A stretch of DNA of 64,000 nucleotides, taken from positions 744,001-808,000 of the forward strand of contig OZ059899.1 in assembly GCA_964057225.1 (NCBI GenBank), read 5' to 3'. The notes under the pieces were generated by a model. It did not search any database and had not been told where the DNA came from. It saw only the letters and a list, made by a program, of their open reading frames with translations. Positions 14,101 through 30,400 of the stretch are shown piece after piece (position 1 is the first letter of the stretch; the number at the start of each line of letters is the position of its first letter). The position numbers and the translations under genes are program-made. The DNA comes from Auanema rhodensis (taxonomy: Eukaryota > Animalia > Nematoda).

Positions 14101-17100
14101 AATCAATATCAATAAAAATTTGTTCTTAGACTAATATGGACATGAGGAATCTAATTTTGAAAACCGCATCTTTTTATCTTTAACGTGAAGCGAGTTACAT
14201 ACCAAGTGCACATCACGTGTACATTTAATTAGCATAAATTAAAGTTCACGTAAATTTCAAAGTCATGGTTACCATGAACCAATATCAATAAAAATTTGTT
14301 TTTAGACTAATATGGACATGGGGAATCTAATTTTGAAAACCGCATCTCTTTATCTTTCACGTGAAGCGAGTTACATACCAAGTGCACATCACGTGTACAT
14401 TTAATTAGCATAAATTAAAGTTCACGTAAATTTCAAAGTCATGGTTACCATGAACCAATATCAATAAAAATTTGTTTTTAGACTAATATGGACATGGGGA
14501 ATCTAATTTTGAAAACCGCATCTCTTTATCTTTCACGTGAAGCGAGTTACATACCAAGTGCACATCACGTGTACATTTAATTAGCATAAATTAAAGCTCA
14601 CGTAAATTTCAAAGTCATGGTTACCATGAACCAATATCAATAAAAATTTGTTTTCAGACTAATATGGACATGGGGAATCTAATTTTGAAAACCGCATCTT
14701 TTTATCTTTCACGTGAAGCGAGTTACATACCAAGTGCGCATCACGTGTACATTTAATTAGCATAAATTAAAGCTCACGTAAATTTCAAAGTCATGGTTAC
14801 CATGCACGAATATCAATAAAAATTTGTTTTTAGACTAATATGGACATGGGGAATCTAATTTTGAAAACCGCATCTCTTTATCTTTCACGTGAGGCGAGTT
14901 ACATACCAAATGCACATCACGTGTACATTTAATTAGCATAAATTAAAGTTCACGTAAATTTCAAAGTCATGGTTACCATGCACCAATATCAATAAAAAAT
15001 TGTTTCTAGACTAATATGGACATGGGGAATCTAATTTTGGAAACCGCATCTCTTTATCTTTCACGTGAAGCGAGTTACATACCAAGTGCACATCACATGT
15101 ACATTTAATTAGCATAAATTAAAGTTCACGTAAATTTCAAAGTCATGGTTACCATGCACCAATATCAATAAAAATTTGGTTTTAGACTAATATGGACATG
15201 GGGAATCTAATTTTGAAAACCGCATCTCTTTATCTTTCACGTGAAGCGAGTTACATACCAAGTGCACATCACGTGTACATTTAATTAGAATAAATTAAAG
15301 TTCACGTAAATTTCAAAGTCATGGTTACCATGCACCAATATCAATAAAAATTTGTTTTTAGACTAATATGGACATGGGGAATCTAATTTTGAAAACCGCA
15401 TCTCTTTATCTCTCACGTGAAGCGAGTTACATACCAAGTGCACATCACGTGTACATTTAATTAGCATAAATTAAAGTTCACGTAAATTTCAAAGTCATGG
15501 TTACCATGCACCAATATCAATAAAAATTTGTTTTCAGACTAATATGGACATGGGGAATCTAATTTTGAAAACCGCATCTCTTTATCTTTCACGTGAAGCG
15601 AGTTACATACCATGTGCACATCACGTGTACATTTAATTAGCATGAATTAAAGTTCACGTAAATTTCAAAGTCATGGTTACCATGAACCAATATCAATAAA
15701 AATTTGTTTTTAGACTATTATGGACATGGGGAATCTAATTTTGAGAACCGCATCTCTTTATCTTTCACGTGAAGCGAGTTACATACCATGTGCACATTAC
15801 GTGTACATTAAATTAGCATAAATTAAAGTTCACGTAAATTTCAAAGTCATGGTTACCATGCACCAATATCAATAAAAATTTGTTTTTAGACTAATATGGA
15901 CATGGGAAATTTAATTTTGAAAACCGCATCTCTTTATCTTTCACGTGAAGCGAGTTACATACCATGTGCACATCACGTGTACATTTAATTAGCATGAATT
16001 AAAGTTCACGTAAATTTCAAAGTCATGGTTACCATGAACCAATATCAATAAAAATTTGTTTTTAGACTAATATGGACATGGGGAATCTAATTTTGAAAAC
16101 CGCATCTTTTTATCTTTCACGTGAAGCGAGTTACATACCAAGTGCACATCACGTGTACATTTAATTAGCATAAATTAAAGTTCACGTAAATTTCAAAGTC
16201 ATGGTTACCATGAACCAATATCAATAAAAATTTGTTTTTAGACTAATATGGACATGAAGAATCTAATTTCGAAAACCGCATCTCTTTATCTTTCACGTGA
16301 AGCGAGTTACATACCATGTGCACATCACGTGTACATTTAATTAGCATGAATTAAAGTTCACGTAAATTTCAAAGTCATGGTTACCATGAACCAATATCAA
16401 TAAAAATTTGTTTTTAGACTAATATGGACATGGGGAATCTAATTTTGAAAACCGCATCTCTTTATCTTTCACGTGAAGCGAGTTGCATACCAAGTGCACA
16501 TCACGTGTACATTTAATTAGCATAAATTAAAGTTCACGTAAATTTCAAAGTCATGGTTACCATGAACCAATATCAATAAAAATTTGTTTTTAGACTAATA
16601 TGGACATGGGGAATCTAATTTTGAAAACCGCATCTCTTTATCTTTTACGTGAAGCGAGTTACATACCATGTGCACATCACGTGTACATTTAATTAGCATG
16701 AATTAAAGTTCACGTAAATTTCAAAGTCATGGTTACCATGAACCAATATCAATAAAAATTTGTTTTTAGACTAATATGGACATGGGGAATCTAATTTTGA
16801 AAACCGCATCTCTTTATCTTTCACGTGAAGCGAGTTACATACCATGTGCACATCACGTGTACATTTAATTAGCATGAATTAAAGTTCACGTAAATTTCAA
16901 AGTCATGGTTACCATGAACCAATATCAATAAAAATTTGTTTTCAGACTAATATGGACATGGGGAATCTAATTTTGAAAACCGCATCTCTTTATCTTTCAC
17001 GTGAAGCGAGTTACATACCAAGTGCACATCACGTGTACATTTAATTAGCATAAATTAAAGCTCACGTAAATTTCAAAGTCATGGTTACCATGAATCAATA

Positions 17101-20100
17101 TCAATAAAAATTTGTTCTTAGACTAATATGGACATGAGGAATCTAATTTTGAAAACCGCATCTTTTTATCTTTAACGTGAAGCGAGTTACATACCAAGTG
17201 CACATCACGTGTACATTTAATTAGCATAAATTAAAGTTCACGTAAATTTCAAAGTCATGGTTACCATGAACCAATATCAATAAAAATTTGTTTTTAGACT
17301 AATATGGACATGGGGAATCTAATTTTGGAAACCGCATCTCTTTATCTTTCACGTGAAGCGAGTTACATACCAAGTGCACATCACGTGTACATTTAATTAG
17401 CATAAATTAAAGTTCACGTAAATTTCAAAGTCATGGTTACCATGAATCAATATCAATAAAAATTTGTTCTTAGACTAATATGGACATGAGGAATCTAATT
17501 TTGAAAACCGCATCTTTTTATCTTTAACGTGAAGCGAGTTACATACCAAGTGCACATCACGTGTACATTTAATTAGCATAAATTAAAGTTCACGTAAATT
17601 TCAAAGTCATGGTTACCATGAACCAATATCAATAAAAATTTGTTTTTAGACTAATATGGACATGGGGAATCTAATTTTGAAAACCGCATCTCTTTATCTT
17701 TCACGTGAAGCGAGTTACATACCATGTGCACATCACGTGTACATTTAATTAGCATGAATTAAAGTTCACGTAAATTTCAAAGTCATGGTTACCATGAACC
17801 AATATCAATAAAAATTTGTTTTTAGACTAATATGGACATGGGGAATCTAATTTTGAAAACCGCATCTCTTTATCTTTCACGTGAAGCGAGTTGCATACCA
17901 AGTGCACATCACGTGTACATTTAATTAGCATAAATTAAAGTTCACGTAAATTTCAAAGTCATGGTTACCATGAACCAATATCAATAAAAATTTGTTTTTA
18001 GACTAATATGGACATGGGGAATCTAATTTTGAAAACCGCATCTCTTTATCTTTTACGTGAAGCGAGTTACATACCATGTGCACATCACGTGTACATTTAA
18101 TTAGCATGAATTAAAGTTCACGTAAATTTCAAAGTCATGGTTACCATGAACCAATATCAATAAAAATTTGTTTTTAGACTAATATGGACATGGGGAATCT
18201 AATTTTGAAAACCGCATCTCTTTATCTTTCACGTGAAGCGAGTTACATACCATGTGCACATCACGTGTACATTTAATTAGCATGAATTAAAGTTCACGTA
18301 AATTTCAAAGTCATGGTTACCATGAACCAATATCAATAAAAATTTGTTTTCAGACTAATATGGACATGGGGAATCTAATTTTGAAAACCGCATCTTTTTA
18401 TCTTTCACGTGAAGCGAGTTACATACCAAGTGCACATCACGTGTACATTTAATTAGCATAAATTAAAGTTCACGTAAATTTCAAAGTCATGGTTACCATG
18501 AACCAATATCAATAAAAATTTGTTTTTAGACTAATATGGACATGGGGAATCTAATTTTGAAAACCGCATCTCTTTATCTTTCACGTGAAGCGAGTTACAT
18601 ACCAAGTGCACATCACGTGTACATTTAATTAGCATAAATTAAAGCTCACGTAAATTTCAAAGTCATGGTTACCATGCACCAATATCAATAAAAATTTGTT
18701 TTTAGCCTAATATGGACATGGGGAATCTAATTTTGAAAACCGCATCTTTTTATCTTTCACGTGAAGCGAGTTACATACCAAGTGCACATCACGTGTACAT
18801 TTAATTAGCATAAATTAAAGTTCACGTAAATTTCAAAGTCATGGTTACCATGCACGAATATCAATAAAAATTTGTTTTTAGCCTAATATGGACATGGGGA
18901 ATCTAATTTTGAAAACCGCATCTCTTTATCTTTCACGTGAAGCGAGTTACATACCAAGTGCACATCACGTGTACATTTAATTAGCATAAATTAAAGCTCA
19001 CGTAAATTTCAAAGTCATGGTTACCATGAACCAATATCAATAAAAATTTGTTTTTAGACTAATATGGACATGGGGAATCTAATTTTGAAAACCGCATCTC
19101 TTTATCTTTCACGTGAGGCGAGTTACATACCAAGTGCACATCACGTGTACATTTAATTAGCATAAATTAAAGTTCACGTAAATTTCAAAGTCATGGTTAC
19201 CATGAACCAATATCAATAAAAATTTGTTTTTAGACTAATATGGACATGGGGAATCTAATTTTGAAAACCGCATCTCTTTATCTTTCACGTGAAGCGAGTT
19301 ACATACCAAGTGCACATCACGTGTACATTTAATTAGCATAAATTAAAGTTCACGTAAATTTCAAAGTCATGGTTACCATGCACGAATATCAATAAAAATT
19401 TGTTTTTAGCCTAATATGGACATGGGGAATCTAATTTTGAAAACCGCATCTCTTTATCTTTCACGTGAAGCGAGTTACATACCAAGTGCACATCACGTGT
19501 ACATTTAATTAGCATAAATTAAAGTTCACGTAAATTTCAAAGTCATGGTTACCATGAATCAATATCAATAAAAATTTGTTCTTAGACTAATATGGACATG
19601 AGGAATCTAATTTTGAAAACCGCATCTCTTTATCTTTCACGTGAAGCGAGTTACATACCAAGTGCACATCACGTGTACATTTAATTAGCATAACTTAAAG
19701 TTCACGTAAATTTCAAAGTCATGGGTACCATGAACCAATATCAATAAAAATTTGTTTTTAGACTAATATGGACATGGGGAATCTAATTTTGAAAACCGCA
19801 TCTTTTTATCTTTCACGTGAAGCGAGTTACATACCAAGTGCACATCACGTGTACATTTAATTAGCATAAATTAAAGCTCACGTAAATTTCAAAGTCATGG
19901 TTACCATGCACGAATATCAATAAAAATTTGTTTTTAGACTAATATGGACATGGGGAATCTAATTTTGAAAACCGCATCTCTTTATCTTTCACGTGAGGCG
20001 AGTTACATACCAAATGCACATCACGTGTACATTTAATTAGCATAAATTAAAATTCACGTAAATTTCAAAGTCATGGTTACCATGCACCAATATCAATAAA

Positions 20101-23100
20101 AAATTGTTTCTAGACTAATATGGACATGGGGAATCTAATTTTGGAAACCGCATCTCTTTATCTTTCACGTGAAGCGAGTTACATACCAAGTGCACATCAC
20201 ATGTACATTTAATTAGCATAAATTAAAGTTCACGTAAATTTCAAAGTCATGGTTACCATGCACCAATATCAATAAAAATTTGTTTTTAGACTAATATGGA
20301 CATGGGGAATCTAATTTTGAAAACCGCATCTCTTTATCTTTCACGTGAAACGAGTTACATACCAAGTGCACATCACGTGTACATTTAATTAGAATAAATT
20401 AAAGTTCACGTAAATTTCAAAGTCATGGTTACCATGCACCAATATCAATAAAAATTTGTTTTTAGACTAATATGGACATGGGGAATCTAATTTTGAAAAC
20501 CGCATCTCTTTATCTCTCACGTGAAGCGAGTTACATACCAAGTGCACATCACGTGTACATTTAATTAGCATAAATTAAAGTTCACGTAAATTTCAAAGTC
20601 ATGGTTACCATGCACCAATATCAATAAAAATTTGTTTTCAGACTAATATGGACATGGGGAATCTAATTTTGAAAACCGCATCTCTTTATCTTTCACGTGA
20701 AGCGAGTTACATACCATGTGCACATCACGTGTACATTTAATTAGCATGAATTAAAGTTCACGTAAATTTCAAAGTCATGGTTACCATGAACCAATATCAA
20801 TAAAAATTTGTTTTTAGACTATTATGGACATGGGGAATCTAATTTTGAGAACCGCATCTCTTTATCTTTCACGTGAAGCGAGTTACATACCATGTGCACA
20901 TTACGTGTACATTAAATTAGCATAAATTAAAGTTCACGTAAATTTCAAAGTCATGGTTACCATGAATCAATATCAATAACAATTTGTTCTTAGACTAATA
21001 TGGACATGAGGAATCTAATTTTGAAAACCGCATCTTTTTATCTTTAACGTGAAGCGAGTTACATACCAAGTGCACATCACGTGTACATTTAATTAGCATA
21101 AATTAAAGTTCACGTAAATTTCAAAGTCATGGTTACCATGAACCAATATCAATAAAAATTTGTTTTTAGACTAATATGGACATGGGGAATCTAATTTTGA
21201 AAACCGCATCTCTTTATCTTTCACGTGAAGCGAGTTACATACCAAGTGCACATCACGTGTACATTTAATTAGCATAAATTAAAGTTCACGTAAATTTCAA
21301 AGTCATGGTTACCATGAATCAATATCAATAAAAATTTGTTCTTAGACTAATATGGACATGAGGAATCTAATTTTGAAAACCGCATCTTTTTATCTTTAAC
21401 GTGAAGCGAGTTACATACCAAGTGCACATCACGTGTACATTTAATTAGCATAAATTAAAGTTCACGTAAATTTCAAAGTCATGGTTACCATGAACCAATA
21501 TCAATAAAAATTTGTTTTTAGACTAATATGGACATGGGGAATCTAATTTTGAAAACCGCATCTCTTTATCTTTCACGTGAAGCGAGTTACATACCAAGTG
21601 CACATCACGTGTACATTTAATTAGCATAAATTAAAGTTCACGTAAATTTCAAAGTCATGGTTACCATGAACCAATATCAATAAAAATTTGTTTTTAGACT
21701 AATATGGACATGGGGAATCTAATTTTGAAAACCGCATCTCTTTATCTTTCACGTGAAGCGAGTTACATACCAAGTGCACATCACGTGTACATTTAATTAG
21801 CATAAATTAAAGCTCACGTAAATTTCAAAGTCATGGTTACCATGAACCAATATCAATAAAAATTTGTTTTCAGACTAATATGGACATGGGGAATCTAATT
21901 TTGAAAACCGCATCTTTTTATCTTTCACGTGAAGCGAGTTACATACCAAGTGCGCATCACGTGTACATTTAATTAGCATAAATTAAAGCTCACGTAAATT
22001 TCAAAGTCATGGTTACCATGCACGAATATCAATAAAAATTTGTTTTTAGACTAATATGGACATGGGGAATCTAATTTTGAAAACCGCATCTCTTTATCTT
22101 TCACGTGAGGCGAGTTACATACCAAATGCACATCACGTGTACATTTAATTAGCATAAATTAAAGTTCACGTAAATTTCAAAGTCATGGTTACCATGCACC
22201 AATATCAATAAAAAATTGTTTCTAGACTAATATGGACATGGGGAATCTAATTTTGGAAACCGCATCTCTTTATCTTTCACGTGAAGCGAGTTACATACCA
22301 AGTGCACATCACATGTACATTTAATTAGCATAAATTAAAGTTCACGTAAATTTCAAAGTCATGGTTACCATGCACCAATATCAATAAAAATTTGGTTTTA
22401 GACTAATATGGACATGGGGAATCTAATTTTGAAAACCGCATCTCTTTATCTTTCACGTGAAGCGAGTTACATACCAAGTGCACATCACGTGTACATTTAA
22501 TTAGAATAAATTAAAGTTCACGTAAATTTCAAAGTCATGGTTACCATGCACCAATATCAATAAAAATTTGTTTTTAGACTAATATGGACATGGGGAATCT
22601 AATTTTGAAAACCGCATCTCTTTATCTCTCACGTGAAGCGAGTTACATACCAAGTGCACATCACGTGTACATTTAATTAGCATAAATTAAAGTTCACGTA
22701 AATTTCAAAGTCATGGTTACCATGCACCAATATCAATAAAAATTTGTTTTCAGACTAATATGGACATGGGGAATCTAATTTTGAAAACCGCATCTCTTTA
22801 TCTTTCACGTGAAGCGAGTTACATACCATGTGCACATCACGTGTACATTTAATTAGCATGAATTAAAGTTCACGTAAATTTCAAAGTCATGGTTACCATG
22901 AACCAATATCAATAAAAATTTGTTTTTAGACTATTATGGACATGGGGAATCTAATTTTGAGAACCGCATCTCTTTATCTTTCACGTGAAGCGAGTTACAT
23001 ACCATGTGCACATTACGTGTACATTAAATTAGCATAAATTAAAGTTCACGTAAATTTCAAAGTCATGGTTACCATGCACCAATATCAATAAAAATTTGTT

Positions 23101-24470
23101 TTTAGACTAATATGGACATGGGAAATTTAATTTTGAAAACCGCATCTCTTTATCTTTCACGTGAAGCGAGTTACATACCATGTGCACATCACGTGTACAT
23201 TTAATTAGCATGAATTAAAGTTCACGTAAATTTCAAAGTCATGGTTACCATGAACCAATATCAATAAAAATTTGTTTTTAGACTAATATGGACATGGGGA
23301 ATCTAATTTTGAAAACCGCATCTTTTTATCTTTCACGTGAAGCGAGTTACATACCAAGTGCACATCACGTGTACATTTAATTAGCATAAATTAAAGTTCA
23401 CGTAAATTTCAAAGTCATGGTTACCATGAACCAATATCAATAAAAATTTGTTTTTAGACTAATATGGACATGAAGAATCTAATTTCGAAAACCGCATCTC
23501 TTTATCTTTCACGTGAAGCGAGTTACATACCATGTGCACATCACGTGTACATTTAATTAGCATGAATTAAAGTTCACGTAAATTTCAAAGTCATGGTTAC
23601 CATGAACCAATATCAATAAAAATTTGTTTTTAGACTAATATGGACATGGGGAATCTAATTTTGAAAACCGCATCTCTTTATCTTTCACGTGAAGCGAGTT
23701 GCATACCAAGTGCACATCACGTGTACATTTAATTAGCATAAATTAAAGTTCACGTAAATTTCAAAGTCATGGTTACCATGAACCAATATCAATAAAAATT
23801 TGTTTTTAGACTAATATGGACATGGGGAATCTAATTTTGAAAACCGCATCTCTTTATCTTTTACGTGAAGCGAGTTACATACCATGTGCACATCACGTGT
23901 ACATTTAATTAGCATGAATTAAAGTTCACGTAAATTTCAAAGTCATGGTTACCATGAACCAATATCAATAAAAATTTGTTTTTAGACTAATATGGACATG
24001 GGGAATCTAATTTTGAAAACCGCATCTCTTTATCTTTCACGTGAAGCGAGTTACATACCATGTGCACATCACGTGTACATTTAATTAGCATGAATTAAAG
24101 TTCACGTAAATTTCAAAGTCATGGTTACCATGAACCAATATCAATAAAAATTTGTTTTCAGACTAATATGGACATGGGGAATCTAATTTTGAAAACCGCA
24201 TCTCTTTATCTTTCACGTGAAGCGAGTTACATACCAAGTGCACATCACGTGTACATTTAATTAGCATAAATTAAAGCTCACGTAAATTTCAAAGTCATGG
24301 TTACCATGAATCAATATCAATAAAAATTTGTTCTTAGACTAATATGGACATGAGGAATCTAATTTTGAAAACCGCATCTTTTTATCTTTAACGTGAAGCG
24401 AGTTACATACCAAGTGCACATCACGTGTACATTTAATTAGCATAAATTAAAGTTCACGTAAATTTCAAAG
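11150..24470 (+). repeat. 41-monomer (7216-bp) tandem block duplication
   Basis: Rare variants recur at exactly +7216: TTAAAATTCA 12831/20047, TAACAATTTG 13761/20977, GACATGAAGA 16251/23467. The second copy starts near 18360 and diverges near 24470. Confidence 0.92.
12672..15840 (+). repeat. Six-monomer string repeated at 12-monomer (2112-bp) spacing, nested in the 41-mer
   Basis: CCAAATGCAC at 12794/14906 and GACTATTA at 13601/15713. Confidence 0.85.
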
Positions 24471-27400
24471 TCATGGTTACCATGAATCAATATCAATAAA
24501 AATTTGTTCTTAGACTAATATGGACATGAGGAATCTAATTTTGAAAACCGCATCTTTTTATCTTTAACGTGAAGCGAGTTACATACCAAGTGCACATCAC
24601 GTGTACATTTAATTAGCATGAATTAAAGTTCACGTAAATTTCAAAGTCATGGTTACCATGAACCAATATCAATAAAAATTTGTTTTTAGACTAATATGGA
24701 CATGGGGAATCTAATTTTGAAAACCGCATCTCTTTATCTTTCACGTGAAGCGAGTTGCATACCAAGTGCACATCACGTGTACATTTAATTAGCATAAATT
24801 AAAGTTCACGTAAATTTCAAAGTCATGGTTACCATGAACCAATATCAATAAAAATTTGTTCTTAGACTAATATGGACATGAGGAATCTAATTTTGAAAAC
24901 CGCATCTTTTTATCTTTAACGTGAAGCGAGTTACATACCAAGTGCACATCACGTGTACATTTAATTAGCATAAATTAAAGTTCACGTAAATTTCAAAGTC
25001 ATGGTTACCATGAACCAATATCAATAAAAATTTGTTTTTAGACTAATATGGACATGGGGAATCTAATTTTGAAAACCGCATCTCTTTATCTTTCACGTGA
25101 AGCGAGTTACATACCATGTGCACATCACGTGTACATTTAATTAGCATGAATTAAAGTTCACGTAAATTTCAAAGTCATGGTTACCATGAACCAATATCAA
25201 TAAAAATTTGTTTTTAGACTAATATGGACATGGGGAATCTAATTTTGAAAACCGCATCTCTTTATCTTTCACGTGAAGCGAGTTGCATACCAAGTGCACA
25301 TCACGTGTACATTTAATTAGCATAAATTAAAGTTCACGTAAATTTCAAAGTCATGGTTACCATGAACCAATATCAATAAAAATTTGTTTTTAGACTAATA
25401 TGGACATGGGGAATCTAATTTTGAAAACCGCATCTCTTTATCTTTTACGTGAAGCGAGTTACATACCATGTGCACATCACGTGTACATTTAATTAGCATG
25501 AATTAAAGTTCACGTAAATTTCAAAGTCATGGTTACCATGAACCAATATCAATAAAAATTTGTTTTTAGACTAATATGGACATGGGGAATCTAATTTTGA
25601 AAACCGCATCTCTTTATCTTTCACGTGAAGCGAGTTACATACCATGTGCACATCACGTGTACATTTAATTAGCATGAATTAAAGTTCACGTAAATTTCAA
25701 AGTCATGGTTACCATGAACCAATATCAATAAAAATTTGTTTTCAGACTAATATGGACATGGGGAATCTAATTTTGAAAACCGCATCTCTTTATCTTTCAC
25801 GTGAAGCGAGTTACATACCAAGTGCACATCACGTGTACATTTAATTAGCATAAATTAAAGCTCACGTAAATTTCAAAGTCATGGTTACCATGAATCAATA
25901 TCAATAAAAATTTGTTCTTAGACTAATATGGACATGAGGAATCTAATTTTGAAAACCGCATCTTTTTATCTTTAACGTGAAGCGAGTTACATACCAAGTG
26001 CACATCACGTGTACATTTAATTAGCATAAATTAAAGTTCACGTAAATTTCAAAGTCATGGTTACCATGAACCAATATCAATAAAAATTTGTTTTTAGACT
26101 AATATGGACATGGGGAATCTAATTTTGAAAACCGCATCTCTTTATCTTTCACGTGAAGCGAGTTACATACCAAGTGCACATCACGTGTACATTTAATTAG
26201 CATAAATTAAAGTTCACGTAAATTTCAAAGTCATGGTTACCATGAATCAATATCAATAAAAATTTGTTCTTAGACTAATATGGACATGAGGAATCTAATT
26301 TTGAAAACCGCATCTTTTTATCTTTAACGTGAAGCGAGTTACATACCAAGTGCACATCACGTGTACATTTAATTAGCATAAATTAAAGTTCACGTAAATT
26401 TCAAAGTCATGGTTACCATGAACCAATATCAATAAAAATTTGTTTTTAGACTAATATGGACATGGGGAATCTAATTTTGAAAACCGCATCTCTTTATCTT
26501 TCACGTGAAGCGAGTTACATACCATGTGCACATCACGTGTACATTTAATTAGCATGAATTAAAGTTCACGTAAATTTCAAAGTCATGGTTACCATGAACC
26601 AATATCAATGAAAATTTGTTTTTAGACTAATATGGACATGGGGAATCTAATTTTGAAAACCGCATCTTTTTATCTTTAACGTGAAGCGAGTTACATACCA
26701 AGTGCACATCACGTGTACATTTAATTAGCATAAATTAAAGTTCACGTAAATTTCAAAGTCATGGTTACCATGAACCAATATCAATAAAAATTTGTTTTTA
26801 GACTAATATGGACATGGGGAATCTAATTTTGAAAACCGCATCTCTTTATCTTTCACGTGAAGCGAGTTACATACCAAGTGCACATCACGTGTACATTTAA
26901 TTAGCATAAATTAAAGTTCACGTAAATTTCAAAGTCATGGTTACCATGAATCAATATCAATAAAAATTTGTTCTTAGACTAATATGGACATGAGGAATCT
27001 AATTTTGAAAACCGCATCTTTTTATCTTTAACGTGAAGCGAGTTACATACCAAGTGCACATCACGTGTACATTTAATTAGCATAAATTAAAGTTCACGTA
27101 AATTTCAAAGTCATGGTTACCATGAACCAATATCAATAAAAATTTGTTTTTAGACTAATATGGACATGGGGAATCTAATTTTGAAAACCGCATCTCTTTA
27201 TCTTTCACGTGAAGCGAGTTACATACCATGTGCACATCACGTGTACATTTAATTAGCATGAATTAAAGTTCACGTAAATTTCAAAGTCATGGTTACCATG
27301 AACCAATATCAATGAAAATTTGTTTTTAGACTAATATGGACATGGGGAATCTAATTTTGAAAACCGCATCTCTTTATCTTTCACGTGAAGCGAGTTACAT

Positions 27401-30400
27401 ACCAAGTGCACATCACGTGTACATTTAATTAGCATAAATTAAAGTTCACGTAAATTTCAAAGTCATGGTTACCATGCACCAATATCAATAAAAATTTGTT
27501 TTTAGACTAATATGGACATGGGGAATCTAATTTTGAAAACCGCATCTCTTTATCTTTTACGTGAAGCGAGTTACAGACCAAGTGCACATCACGTGTACAT
27601 TTAATTAGCATAAATTAAAGTTCACGTAAATTTCAAAGTCATGGTTACCATGCACCAATATCAATAAAAATTTGTTTTTAGACTAATATGGACATGGGGA
27701 ATCTAATTTTGAAAACCGCATCTTTTTATCTTTAACGTGAAGCGAGTTACATACCAAGTGCACATCACGTGTACATTTAATTAGCATAAATTAAAGTTCA
27801 CGTAAATTTCAAAGTCATGGTTACCATGAACCAATATCAATAAAAATTTGTTTTTAGACTAATATGGACATGGGGAATCTAATTTTGAAAACCGCATCTC
27901 TTTATCTTTCACGTGAAGCGAGTTACATACCAAGTGCACATCACGTGTACATTTAATTAGCATAAATTAAAGTTCACGTAAATTTCAAAGTCATGGTTAC
28001 CATGCACCAATTTCAATAAAAATTTGTTTTTAGACTAATATGGACATGGGGAATCTAATTTTGAAAACCGCATCTCTTTATCTTTAACGTGAAGCGAGTT
28101 ACATACCAAGTGCACATCACGTGTACATTTAATTAGCATAAATTAAAGTTCACGTAAATTTCAAAGTCATGGTTACCATGAACCAATATCAATAAAAATT
28201 TGTTTTCAGACTAATATGGACATGGGGAATCTAATTTTGAAAACCGCATCTCTTTATCTTTCACGTGAAGCGAGTTACATACCATGTGCACATCACGTGT
28301 ACATTTAATTAGCATGAATTAAAGTTCACGTAAATTTCAAAGTCATGGTTACCATGAACCAATATCAATAAAAATTTGTTTTTAGACTAATATGGACATG
28401 GGTAATCTAATTTTGAAAACCGCATCTCTTTATCTTTCACGTGAAGCGAGTTACATACCAAGTTCACATCACGTGTACATTTAATTAGCATAAATTAAAG
28501 TTCACGTAAATTTCAAAGTCATGGTTACCATGCACCAATATCAATAAAAATTTGTTTTTAAACTAATATGGACATGGGGAATCTAATTTTGAAAACCGCA
28601 TCTCTTTATCTTTCACGTGAAGCGAGTTACATACCAAGTGCACATCACGTGTACATTTAATTAGCATAAATTAAAGTTCACGTAAATTTCAAAGTCATGG
28701 TTACCATGCACCAATATCAATAAAAATTTGTTTTCAGACTAATATGGACATGGGGAATCTAATTTTGAAAACCGCATCTCTTTATCTTTCACGTGAAGCG
28801 AGTTACATACCATGTGCACATCACGTGTACATTTAATTAGCATGAATTAAAGTTCACGTAAATTTCAAAGTCATGGTTACCATGAACCAATATCAATAAA
28901 AATTTGTTTTTAGACTAATATGGACATGGGTAATCTAATTTTGAAAACCGCATCTCTTTATCTTTCACGTGAAGCGAGTTACATACCAAGTTCACATCAC
29001 GTGTACATTTAATTAGCATAAATTAAAGTTCACGTAAATTTCAAAGTCATGGTTACCATGCACCAATATCAATAAAAATTTGTTTTTAAACTAATATGGA
29101 CATGGGGAATCTGATTTTGAAAACCGCATCTCTTTATCTTTTACGTGAAGCGAGTTACATACCAAGTGCACATCACGTGTACATTTAATTAGCATAATTT
29201 AAAGTTCACGTAAATTTCAAAGTCATGGTTACCATGCACCAATATCAATAAAAATTTGTTTTTAGACTAATATGGACATGGGGAATCTAATTTTGAAAAC
29301 CGCATCTCTTTATCTTTCACGTGAAGCGAGTTACATACCAAGTGCACATCACGTGTACATTTAATTAGCATAAATTAAAGTTCACGTAAATTTCAAAGTC
29401 ATGGTTACCATGAACCAATATCAATAAAAATTTGTTTTTAGACTAATATGGACATGGGGAATCTAATTTTGAAAACCGCATCTCTTTATCTTTCACGTGA
29501 AGCGAGTTACATACCAAGTGCACATCACGTGTACATTTAATTAGCATAAATTAAAGTTCACGTAAATTTCAAAGTCATGGTTACCATGAATCAATATCAA
29601 TAAAAATTTGTTCTTAGACTAATATGGACATGAGGAATCTAATTTTGAAAACCGCATCTTTTTATCTTTAACGTGAAGCGAGTTACATACCAAGTGCACA
29701 TCACGTGTACATTTAATTAGCATAAATTAAAGTTCACGTAAATTTCAAAGTCATGGTTACCATGAACCAATATCAATAAAAATTTGTTTTTAGACTAATA
29801 TGGACATGGGGAATCTAATTTTGAAAACCGCATCTCTTTATCTTTCACGTGAAGCGAGTTACATACCATGTGCACATCACGTGTACATTTAATTAGCATG
29901 AATTAAAGTTCACGTAAATTTCAAAGTCATGGTTACCATGAACCAATATCAATAAAAATTTGTTTTTAGACTAATATGGACATGGGGAATCTAATTTTGA
30001 AAACCGCATCTCTTTATCTTTCACGTGAAGCGAGTTACATACCAAGTGCACATCACGTGTACATTTAATTAGCATAAATTAAAGTTCACGTAAATTTCAA
30101 AGTCATGGTTACCATGCACCAATATCAATAAAAATTTGTTTTTAGACTAATATGGACATGGGGAATCTAATTTTGAAAACCGCATCTCTTTATCTTTTAC
30201 GTGAAGCGAGTTACAGACCAAGTGCACATCACGTGTACATTTAATTAGCATAAATTAAAGTTCACGTAAATTTCAAAGTCATGGTTACCATGCACCAATA
30301 TCAATAAAAATTTGTTTTTAGACTAATATGGACATGGGGAATCTAATTTTGAAAACCGCATCTCTTTATCTCTCACGTGAAGCGAGTTACATACCAAGTG